Source of the DNA: Nemertoderma westbladi
Taxonomy: Eukaryota; Animalia; Xenacoelomorpha
Length of the DNA stretch: 64,000 nucleotides
NCBI GenBank assembly: GCA_032718475.1
Contig: JAUCBJ010003252.1
Coordinates: 1-64,000 of the forward strand
Reading direction: 5' to 3'
Numbering within the stretch: position 1 is the stretch's first letter; every line of letters starts with the position of its first letter. Made by a program: the position numbers and the translations under genes. Below, piece by piece: positions 26,701-36,644 of this stretch. Under the pieces are notes generated by a model. It searched no databases. It was not told the origin of the DNA and saw only the letters and a list, made by a program, of their open reading frames with translations.

Positions 26701-29700
26701 AAGCTGAAAACATTTTCATTTTCATTTTTATACTTTAATTATATTTACTTAGAAAAATGAATTTAAAATAATTTTATAGATGATGATGAATGTACATTAA
26801 ACACAGACAACTGCCACATTAATGCTGACTGTTCCAATACTGATGGTGGATTTAGTTGTAGTTGCATGTCTGGATACACAGGAGATGGTGTCATTACATG
26901 TTTAGGTAATAAATAAATTGACATACAATAATTACAAACATAATTTTTTTAAAAGCTGAAAACATTTTCATTTTTATACTATAATTATATTTACTTAGAA
27001 AAATGAATTTAAAATAATTTTATAGATGATGATGAATGTACATTAAACACAGACAACTGCCACATTTATGCTGACTGTTCCAATACTGATGGTGGATTTA
27101 GTTGTAGTTGCATGTCTGGATACACAGGAGATGGTGTCACATGTTTAGGTAATAAATAAATTGACATACAATAATTACAAACATAATTTTTTTAAAAGCT
27201 GAAAACATTTTCATTTTTATACTATAATTATATTTACTTAGAAAAATGAATTTAAAATAATTTTATAGATGATGATGAATGTACATTAAACACAGACAAC
27301 TGCCACATTAATGCTGACTGTTCCAATACTGATGGTGGATTTAGTTGTAGTTGCATGTCTGGATACACAGGAGATGGTGTCATTACATGTTTAGGTAATA
27401 AATAAATTGACATACAATAATTACAAACATAATTTTTTTAAAAGCTGAAAACATTTTAATTTTTATACTATAATTTTATATTTACTTAGAAAAATGAATT
27501 TAAAATAATTTTATAGATGATGATGAATGTACATTAAACTCAGACAACTGCCACATTAATGCTGACTGTTCCAATACTGATGGTGGATTTAGTTGTAGTT
27601 GCATGTCTGGATACACAGGAGATGGTGTCACATGTTTAGGTAATAAATAAATTGACATACAATAATTACAAACATAATTTTTTTAAAAGCTGAAAACATT
27701 TTCATTTTTATACTATAATTATATTTACTTAAAAAAATGAATTTAAAATAATTTTATAGATGATGATGAATGTACATTAAACACAGACAACTGCCACATT
27801 AATGCTGACTGTTCCAATACTGATGGTGGATTTAGTTGTAGTTGCTTGTCTGGATACACAGGAGATGGTGTCACTACATGTTTAGGTAATAAATAAATTG
27901 ACATACAATAATTACAAACATAATTTATTTAAAAGCTGAAAACATTTTCATTTTAATATTTATACTTTAATTATATTTACTTAAAAAAATGAATTTAAAA
28001 TAATTTTATAGATGATGATGAATGTCAATTAAACACAGACAACTGCCACATTAATGCTGACTGTTCCAATACTGATGGTGGATTTAGTTGTAGTTGCATG
28101 TCTGGATACACAGGAGATGGTGTCACTACATGTTTAGGTATTAAATAAATTGACATACAATTACAAACATAATTTTTTTAATAGCAGAAAACATTGTCTT
28201 TTTTATACTATAGTTATATTTACTTAAAAATTACTTTAAAATTATTTTATAGATTATGATGAATGTCAATTAAACACAGACAACTGCCACATTAATGCTG
28301 ACTGTTCCAATACTGATGGAGGATTTAGTTGTAGTTGCAAAAATGATTTCAAAGGAGATGGTGTTACATGTATAGGTAATAAATAAATTGACATACAATA
28401 ATTACAAACATAATTTTTTTAATAGCTGAAAACATTTTCATTTTTATACTACTACTACTAGGTCGAGCGAACTCGGACAGTGGAAATGAGATCCTTCCAG
28501 GCTTCCCTTTCCCGATTCTCCATAGTTGTTGCAATTTCGTTTCTCCCAAGTTCAGTATCCCTTTCAAGTTGATCTATATATTTTATGGCCAGTCGTCCAC
28601 GACTACGCTTTCCATGCGTTGGTTGCCATAGAAGTAGATCTGGTATGACCTCGTCTTTACTTCGCCAGCAGTGCCCACTGAATCTTAATCTGCGTTCTCG
28701 GAGGGTGGTTGATACAGGTGGTATTGTACCATAAAGCTCGGCGTTTGTCATGTGTTGATTCTAGCTGATGTTTAGGGCTGCCCTTAGTAGTCGTGTGTAG
28801 CAACCATCAATTGGTTGTTCAAGTGATTTAGTCATCAGTGTCCAGGTCTCACCCCCGTATAAAAATACACTTTCCACTGTGGCTCGAAAGAACTTAGTCT
28901 TCAGGTGCCTGGATAGATCAGATTTCCAGATGGTATCCATTTTTGATAGAGCTACCTAAGTCTTTGCTTTCCTAACTTCTATTTCCTTTTTGCTACTCTC
29001 TATCCATGATCCAAGGTACTGGAAGTAATTGACCTTCCTTAGTTGATTATTATCAAAGGTTGTCAAGTTTCCATGAACGTTAAAGGTCATGATTTCGGTC
29101 TTGGTAGCATTTATATGCAATCCAACCTCCTTAGCAGCCCTCTCCACTTTATTTAGTAGAAGCTGTGCATCTGCTAGCGTATTAGAGAGCAGGGCGATGT
29201 CATCCGCAAAGTCGGTGTCTGTGACTGTAGTTGCGGGATATCTACTACTTCTGCGTTCTTGAAGTGTGAATCCCAGATCTTAACCGTTTGTGGCTGTCCT
29301 CATTGCGTAATCCAGCACAATTACAAATAGTAATGGTGCTAATGTGTCACCTTGCAGTACGCCAGTCAGGATTGAGAAAAACTCAGTTTCACCATCTGGT
29401 GAGAGTACCTGCGCTTCTGTGTCACAATATAACAATCCAATGCCAGCAACAATTACTTCTGGTATTCCATAAGCTCTTAGGATTTCAAGCTTTTTATTTC
29501 TATGGATGGAGTCGATTGCCTTCTTGAAGTCCACAAAAGTCATGACTGCGGGGAGATTCTTTGACTTAATTCCTTCTATCAGTCTCCATAGTGCAAGTAT
29601 CTGAGCTATTGTTGATCTACTTGGTCGAAATCCGTTTTGGCTCTTACGCAGTAGTTTCTCTATGTGAGGCCTAATCCTATATAGAATCATTTTATTGTAT

Positions 29701-31144
29701 ATTTTGGCAGCTACCACAAGCAGACAGATCCCACGATAGTTTGTTGGTATGCCGAGGTCTCCTTTCTTGGGGAGAGGCTTTAGTTGACCTTTAGTCCAAA
29801 TTGGTGGTGGCTTTTCCCCTTTTAACATCCGGTTGCAAACATTCAATACTGGTCTGTTTAGCACTCCGGTTTTCCATACCTCCGCTGGGATTTCATCTAA
29901 TCCACTCGCTTTATTATTGGACATGCTTTTAATGCTTCTTTGGAGTTCGGTCGGCAGGTGTGATGTCCCCTGTTTCTATAGGTTGTTGCTTGTCATATAT
30001 TTTCCTTGTTGGGCTGACCTCGATGTTTGGTGGCTGCCCAGCAGAATTCCTACTCCAATTGATGCATTGGCCGAGTTTCTTACTGCTGAGCTTGTTACTA
30101 ATGTCTATCCATTTCCAATGCCATTGTACTTCATGGCAGTGTCTTCATGACAAATCCGATGTTATTGGATGCAGATGATGTCGATGTTGTATTCCATTGC
30201 CAGAGCGACCATGTCACCCTGTTTGGTATGTGCTTTCAGCGTGCGTGCGTTCATTGTAGCAATCTGTAGTGTCTTTTTACATTTCATCAGGTTGGTTCTT
30301 CTTCCTTCTGTCTTCTGTTCCAGTACCCGATTTATTGAACCCAGCCTGGTGTACCACTGAGGGACGCGGTCCTTGTTGACCCGGGCGACGACTGAGCCGG
30401 TATTTCTCCTGGAGGGTTCTCATACTCATATCTTTCAGTTGCGAGAGTAAACCGCTTGTGGTCGCAACTCCTACAAGCGTCTTCGCAATTCGTCATTTTT
30501 ATACTATAATTATATTTACTTTATTTAAAAATGAATTTAAAATAATTTTATAGATGATGATGAATGTCAATTAAACACAGACAACTGCCACATAAATACT
30601 GACTGTTCCAATACTGATGTTGGATTTAGTTGTAGTTGCATGTCTGGATATGCAGGAAATGGTGTATAGCTAATAAATAAATTGACATACAATTACAAAC
30701 ATAATTTTTTTAATAGCTGAAAATATTTTCTTTTTTATACTATATTTATATTTACTTAAAAAAATGAATTTAAAATAATTTTATAGATGATTAATGTACA
30801 TTTAACACGGACAACTGCCACATTAATGCTGACTGTTCCAATACTGATGGTTGTAGTTGCAAAACTGGATACACAGGATATGGTGTCACTACATGTACAG
30901 GTAATAAATAAATTGACATACAATAATTACAAACATAATTTTTTTAATAGCTGAAAACATTGACTTTTTTATACTATATTTATATTTACTTAAAAATGAA
31001 TTTAAAATAATTTTATAGATGCTGATGAATGCACATTAAACACAGACAACTGTCACATTAAGGCTGACTGTTACAATACTGATGGTGGATTTAGTTGTAG
31101 TTGCAAAACTGGATACACAGGAGATGGTGTCACTACATGTACAG
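8360..31144 (+). CDS. Multi-exon gene or pseudogene segment encoding tandem calcium-binding EGF-like domains (fibrillin/fibropellin-like module array); start and stop exons not identified
   Basis: Repeated ttttatag|ATGATGATGAATGT...TGTTTAG|gtaata exons, phase 1-1, encoding [42 protein letters not shown]: 6 Cys, N-terminal acidic D-x-D-E, and the C-x-N-x4-F-x-C calcium-binding/hydroxylation consensus. Confidence 0.85.
8822..12361 (-). mobile_element. RTE-clade LINE, family A copy 1; full length (APE endonuclease + RT), frameshifted
   Basis: ORF pieces 11318-11728 and 10719-11381 (endonuclease: ATMNART, IQEH, GDLN, LDYIL, SDH) and 10032-10406, 8828-9904 (RT: [14 protein letters not shown]). 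The stop codon runs into a (TAG)n tail. 12-bp TSD actataattata at 8810-8821 and 12362-12373. Confidence 0.95.
12410..12535 (+). CDS. cbEGF exon 3
   Basis: Intact 126-nt exon. Confidence 0.85.
12589..13431 (-). mobile_element. Truncated copy (left ~840 bp) of the TTAA non-autonomous element seen at 18958-20512
   Basis: Reverse complement of the element's left end ccctattagtaccgggctataaa, abutting an intronic TTAA at 13432-13435. The other end and part of the intron are deleted. Confidence 0.9.
13463..15551 (+). CDS. cbEGF exons 4-12 (13463-13588, 13707-13832, 13953-14078, 14198-14323, 14450-14572, 14693-14815, 14936-15061, 15181-15306, 15426-15551)
   Basis: Nine near-identical exon-intron units of 126 or 123 nt, all frame-preserving. 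Variants CMSG/CKTG and VTTC/VTC. Confidence 0.88.
15697..17389 (+). pseudogene. CR1 ORF1 (PHD finger + CCCH zinc fingers + Q-rich tail), disrupted
   Basis: PHD pattern CANC...[12 protein letters not shown]...WVCLYC. CCCH repeats [10 protein letters not shown]..(stop)HPKLC...[13 protein letters not shown]. In-frame TGA at 16723-16725 and a later frameshift. Confidence 0.85.
17612..22257 (+). pseudogene. CR1 ORF2 (endonuclease-reverse transcriptase), with stops and a 1.55-kb insertion
   Basis: Motifs [64 protein letters not shown]. Stops at 18593-18595 and 21781-21783; the frame continues across the insertion (GPFVIN|GKIVSNP). Confidence 0.93.
18958..20512 (+). mobile_element. Non-autonomous piggyBac-type (TTAA) DNA element
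   Basis: TTAA TSD at 18954-18957 and 20513-20516; CCCTATTA...TAATAGGG termini; subterminal palindrome gggggtcatattgacccccc near both ends; internal ~170-bp repeats containing aaatttggtgctagcacc. Excision restores the CR1 frame. Confidence 0.92.
22335..25423 (+). mobile_element. piggyBac transposon, degenerate, in the CR1 3' UTR
   Basis: TIR cccacgcatggccg / cggccatgggtggg; flanks TTTA (left) and TTAA (right). The left junction is tandemly duplicated as 50-bp copies at 22324-22373 and 22374-22423. Confidence 0.93.
22866..25044 (+). pseudogene. piggyBac (PGBD4-like) transposase with one intron (23359-23650) and a premature stop
   Basis: Acidic N-terminus; G|gtttgt...tttcag|GA joins in frame; DDD motifs TVDEM, CADNFF, GVDVMD; [11 protein letters not shown] at 24781-24783 is in frame with the C-terminal Cys-rich domain CFLC...CQKC...VCKRH...CEMC. 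Confidence 0.9.
25778..28375 (+). CDS. cbEGF exons 13-23 (25778-25903, 26030-26155, 26282-26407 with stop, 26528-26653, 26780-26905, 27026-27148, 27269-27394, 27517-27639, 27760-27885, 28012-28137, 28253-28375)
   Basis: Eleven tandem units with intact AG/GT. Exon 15 has TTA>TGA at 26299-26301; exon 23 is more diverged. Confidence 0.85.
28452..30492 (-). mobile_element. RTE family A copy 2; 5'-truncated, internally deleted
   Basis: Highly similar to copy 1; (TAG)n tail; 14-bp TSD tcatttttatacta at 28438-28451 and 30493-30506. An ~1.1-kb deletion near 30040 removes most of the endonuclease. Confidence 0.93.
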
Positions 31145-31263
31145 GTAATAAATAAATTGACATAAAATAAATTATAAACAAAATTTTGTTAATAGATGAA
31201 AAATGAATTTAAAAATTTTTTATTGATGATGAATGTCAATTAAACACAGACAACTGCCACATT
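30554..31263 (+). pseudogene. Terminal, diverged cbEGF exons 24-27 (30554-30670 and 30787-30900 defective, 31019-31144 intact, about 31226-31263 truncated by the LTR)
   Basis: Exon 24 lost the last Cys and the GT donor; exon 25 has TAA and a deletion; exon 27 has AG>TG at the acceptor and is cut after GCCACATT. Confidence 0.8.
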
Positions 31264-33547
31264 TGTATTTATTTATTTATACCAGGCAAAGTACACCCAT
31301 ATTAAACATTATATACATACACCATAACAAAGAATCAGTAAACTACAGTAATATACTGTATGTAGTAATCAAACCAGAGAACGAGGGTCCCGAGCAGGGA
31401 AGCACAAAAAAAATATTTTTATATAGATAATGTATAACCAGTAAGTATGAAGAGCATACTGCATAATAAACGTGAAAGTAACTAATGCAAAGTTATATAA
31501 TGCGTCATAATGGTTGTCCAGGGAACTGGGGCCAACAATACGGCTCGTGTGGAAGTTTTACTGGTAGTGGTAGTACAATTACCACTACCTTGCTGCAATG
31601 CTATACAATAGAATTCTATTAAATCGCATCAGGGATCCCCTTGAGGTCTTTAAAATACATGAGTGTTTAAAGCTCATTTATCCCATCATAGTAGACATGT
31701 ACCGAACAAAAAGAGTCCCAAAAGAAATGAAAACAAATAAGTTGGTGCCAGTTCCCAAGAAGGGCAACCTAACACCCTATGGCTCTTTTCGGGGAATCTC
31801 ATTGATCTCGTTTGCTGCAAAGCTATACAATAGAATTCTATTAAATCGCATCAGGGATCCCATTGAGAGACTGCTCCATGGAAATCAGAATGGGTTCCGT
31901 AAAGGTCGTGGGACCATGGAACCCATATTGGCACTTAGAAGGATAATTGAAGAGTTATCAAAAAAGAAAGACAGGCATCTGGCTGTTATCTTTGTTGACT
32001 TCTTCAAAGCCTTTGATTCAGTCTCCCGCTCACGTATGTTCAGCATACTTTCATTATATGGGATTCCTGATGAAATTATTGCAGCAATCAGATCAGTATA
32101 CGATGGTTCGACAACATTTGTGTCTACTGTTGATGGTGACACAGAACCATTTGAAGTGTTATGGGGCGTCCTCCAGGGAGACACACTTGCACCATTCTTG
32201 TTCATAATTGTGGTTGACTATGTTCTACGCATGTCCTTAGATCATCATAATGATGATGGGGTGATGATAACTCCACCTACTGGCTCCAGAAGTCGAGGAA
32301 TTCCTGCCAAGTACTTAACTGATCTAGACTTTGCGGATGACTTAGGAGTACTCTCAGAATTACTAGAGGGAGCCGAACGTCTCCTCAGCTCATTAGAACA
32401 TGCTGCTTCTAGTGTTGGTCTTTTTATTAACTCCAGAAAGACCAAAATTTTGACAGTTAACTTTGAAAGTTCTCAGCAAGTCTCTGACCGGATGAGCATA
32501 AGCTCAAAGTATGGTATGCTTGAGCATGTGGACGACTTCTGTTACCTGGGATCATGGATCCGGAAGTCAGGTGAGGACCTTCGAATACGTAAGGGAAAGG
32601 CATGGGCAGCCTTGAATAGGCTTTCCAGGATTTGGAAGTCACCGAGAATTAATCGGAAACTTAAGGTCCGATTATTTAGAGCAGCAGTAGTTCCAGTATT
32701 CCTCTATGGGAGTCCATGTTGGGATCTAACTGCTGAGGTCACCAAATCTCTGGATGGCACATTCACAAGAATGCTATGCCGGGTTCATTGTGTCAAGTAC
32801 AATGCACACATCTCCAACCAGACACTATTGACACTATAACACTATAACATTGGAGGTGTCTCATTGGTTCCCCCAAGCTTGACACTAGAACAAAATCGCC
32901 TCCGCTTTGCAGGACATTGCTTTCGCTTGAGGACCAGCCAGTGCATAATCTTGTACTCTGGCAGCCTCATGGAGTGAATAAGCATGGTGGACAGCCCATG
33001 ACTTTCTTGAGACGCATCTTAAAGGACACTGGCCTTGAAGATGCAGATGATCTAGCAAATGTCATGGGTGATAGGGAGTTGTGGCGGCGCAATTTTGTCG
33101 ACAAGCCGGCACAGCATTCTTAAAAATGCAGCTGCAATGCAGCATGCCGATACTAGTAGTAGTAGTAGGTAGTACAATTACATAGCACGGCACAGCACAG
33201 CGAGCGAGTGGTGAAAACTATTTATCTACTACAGATATAAATTGCCAACTGAGTATTACTGCGCACGTGATGGTTAATATAGATAGAGAAAATATATGGC
33301 CTGTCAGGTCTACACTCATTGGCTTTTGTGGTTGATACAACTGCCCTCCCATTGGTTGCCTTATATCATGCCACATAGCTCATCCCCTTTGGCCTTTATT
33401 GCCCTTGACTCACTGTGGGTGGATTATTAGTCCACCTTGTTGTGTCCACCATGTCTTATTGGATGTCACTGGTAGCCTTGTTAAATTGGCTCCCCCGCAT
33501 TTTATAGGTTGGAAGCGCATAACCGCTAACAGAATAATACGCTAACA
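31264..33547 (-). mobile_element. LTR (~685 bp without the nested LINE) of a BEL/Pao-type retrotransposon, with PPT
   Basis: On the minus strand: purine tract catggggggag, then TGTTAGC..., ending ...AATAAATACA. A homologous copy lies at 55155-56659. Confidence 0.7.
31583..33167 (+). mobile_element. RTE-clade LINE family B, 5'-truncated (RT region), inserted in the LTR
   Basis: ORF 31598-32839 ([29 protein letters not shown]); (TAG)n tail; 14-bp TSD ggtagtacaattac at 31569-31582 and 33168-33181. The empty site is visible in the inverted LTR copy near 56340. Confidence 0.93.
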
Positions 33548-33719
33548 CTCCCCCCATGCTATCTTCCTGGTTAGAAGATAGCATCTACCACAAGTGCACT
33601 CCAATTCCGGGGAACCCAACCTACTACTATCGGATCCCAATTAATTTTGGGGGTTTTCTCATTAATTTTGGTGTGAATATTGACTCAGTGAGAGCCAGAA
33701 TTACCTAGGGAAAGGATAA

Positions 33720-34160
33720 GCTGTTATAAGTCCCACTTATACACAAATGGCTCATTTTGGTACGAGCAATACCATGAAATCCGATAAAGGAACGAATTAC
33801 ATCAGCACTAATAATGAAATAAAATCATATGTGAAGGAATTGAACCAATGGCAAGTGGATAACCAAACTCCATAGAACCGATTCCAATTGGACATTTAAG
33901 GCGTCGGATGCTCCTCGGTGGGGATGAAGATGAAGTTGGGAGAGATTGATACTTAGTGTCAAGATTTCAATTCAGTTAGTTGTACCGTGTCGAACATATC
34001 TCACTTGCAAACTCCTATGCACCTTGATGGAGGAAATCACAGCGTACATTAATGATAGACCACTAATGCCAGTGACAATGAACCCAAACAGCATGAAAAT
34101 ATTAATATAGGGGATTTTGTGTAAATAGTAGATGCATATCTCCCACGAAAAAGATGGTAA
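33720..34160 (+). pseudogene. Degenerate BEL/Pao integrase fragment
   Basis: Remnant motifs SDKGTNY, APRWG..WERLILSVK and INDRPL, with stops and frameshifts. Confidence 0.65.
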
Positions 34161-35109
34161 ACGGGTCGTTTTAAAATACGGCAGGCATTTGTTTATTTGT
34201 ACCTAATTTTTTACGTTTTTATAGATTAAATAGCACCCTGACTTATTTATTTGTAAGAAATTGTATTAATTACTTAGATATTGTAGACCAGCAACGCAGA
34301 AATCAGAGGACATTTAATATAGCCCATATAGTGTATTCAAAGTGCTATACGGGAATAACATGCTACAGTATAATCATGGCAGTAAGGAGGCTTACTAGGA
34401 TCCCCAAGTGGAATCTGGCAGCCTGGAACTAGACCGCTACAAAAAGTTGATGCGACAGAGCCTTTAGCCTTTAGGCCTAACATTTCTTGGAGGCTGGACA
34501 TCATTACATACTGATTAGTATGGATTGCGAAATTGGATAATGGGTATATTTGGACGTTAATCGATAGGTTTGGTTTGATGATAAACTAATATTATCACGC
34601 AGCCTACCACATCATCTTACCCCCTTGTTTTAAATAGGCCTACCAGTAGTCAACTATTTTTTTCTCTCCTAATAAAAAATTATGATAATGGATGATAATA
34701 AATTTATCTTTACGAGGTTTCTTTATTATATAATAATAATAAATTACTAGTAATAATGAATAATAATAATGGTAATTAACTAATTAATGAATGTAATTCT
34801 AATTAATTATTGTTAAGTGTGCGGTGTACCGGATATACGATTTAAATAATTCTGATTATTGTTAAGGGTGTACCGGTGATATCAATTCAATTCAATTTAT
34901 TTACCCAATAATATCTAAAATTGCACAAAATATTGCACAAATATGTATATATATATATATATAAACAGCAATTGAGATAAAATGATTCACAGATTCAGTT
35001 ATTATATTTAATTTCCAATTAAAACAATATTATGGCAAATAAAATAAATAAAATAATAATTAAAGTTATCTTCAGGCAAATTATAGAATTATCCAATATA
35101 TATATATAG

Positions 35110-36110
35110 GGGTTGGAGAATGGCCGATGTTACTACACAATTTGCAGCGGCAGCTATTCAGACACAGTTAGAATCTCTAAAAATGATAAAAAACGAAATA
35201 AAAGTAAATATACCATATTTTATGTTAGTAACACTGAACCTATATTAGGATCAATACAAAAGATAGTAGACAAACATACACCTATTCTAAGAACAGACAT
35301 CAGGACCAAGCAACTCATTGACTCTTATAAAATAGTAAATATTAACCGCAGGGCCCCTATGCTAAAGGGAATTTTAGCTCCATCCAGTTTAACATCAAAG
35401 CAGAAGAACCAGGCAAATACAACACATGCTGGATCTAAAAAATGTACAGAAGACAGAAATGTATACCATGTGAAGCGATAAAACCAACAAAACAATTCGG
35501 ATTAACCTCGACCCGTTTGAAAACTAAATATGAAATTAAACAGCGCCTTACCTGTGATGACAAAGATATAATATATTTAGCAAAATGTAAAATATGTAAC
35601 TTACAAGGAATCGGATCAACAGAAACATTTAAACCAAGGCTATCACAATATAAGTGTAATATAAAGAATCATAAGCCACAAACGACTATAGAGAAACATT
35701 TTTGTAAAAATGAAAACCATGATTTTTCGCATTTCGAAATAACACCCATTGAAAAGGTTCATTACAAAGGCAGGGGAAAGAAAGATCAGCGACGGGAGAT
35801 CCGTACAAGGGAAGGATACTGGCAGTGCACCTTAAGAACAATCAAGCCATTTGGTCTCAACACTATAAATGAAGCGGTTTGCAATAATTTCGGCTTAGAC
35901 GTATTTAATCCAGATTAGAGAACTCATTATGTAGACTAATGTACTGTAGACGCTTAATTTCATGAAAACTGTAATGAATTAGCTATTTATTTATTTAATT
36001 ATTTAAATCACTTGAAAAATAAATATTATATTATTTCGAAAGCTTGTGTAATTTCTTATAATTTTTATTTAACGTGGTTGATCTTGGTTTCCTTACAATT
36101 ATATTTATAT
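35110..36110 (+). mobile_element. Penelope-like element, 3' fragment with GIY-YIG endonuclease
   Basis: Frameshifted ORFs 35113-35481 and 35442-35918: C..C...LTC...IIYLAKCKICNLQGIGST...RLSQY...HF...REGYWQCTLRT..PFGLN. Flanked by TA-rich microsatellite. Confidence 0.88.
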
Positions 36111-36299
36111 ATTTATATATATATAAATATTACATTACTGGGAGGCACCAACTAATAGCATAGCTAGTAAATTTTGGTGCCTGGTGAGGAGAGCAGGAGG
36201 GGAGAGGGAGGGATGATACAACGGCGATGAGAAGCCTTCGAACATACCATTGTATATGATGGTTGGTTGTACAGAACATGGACGCTAAGTCATCATCTG

Positions 36300-36644
36300 T
36301 TATGACAACCATGGCAGTAAGAGACACAATTAAAGGGAAGGAGAACGAATATAGTATGGAGGCTATTGACATGATTTGATGCAGATTCTACATAGACAAT
36401 GGAATGGGTTCCGACTCCATCCATGAAATCGTTGGGATGGGTCATGAAGTTTGCAACATCCTGAAAAAATCGGGATTCAACCTGAAAAAGTTCCAGTCGA
36501 ATTCCCAGGAATTCATGTGGGCCATAGAGGACAAACAACAAGATGTCAAGCTAGAGAAGCCAATGACGAAGAAAGAGCAGATTATGGCTGATAAGAGGGT
36601 AGAATCACAACAGAAGGCCTTAGGGTTCGTGTTGAATTGGAGAT
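36300..36644 (+). pseudogene. BEL/Pao RT C-terminal fragment, continued at 54881
   Basis: RFYIDN...ILKKSGFNLKKFQSNS...KALG..LNW matches the BEL pattern YVDD...GFxLxKWxSN...LGxxW. Confidence 0.7.
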
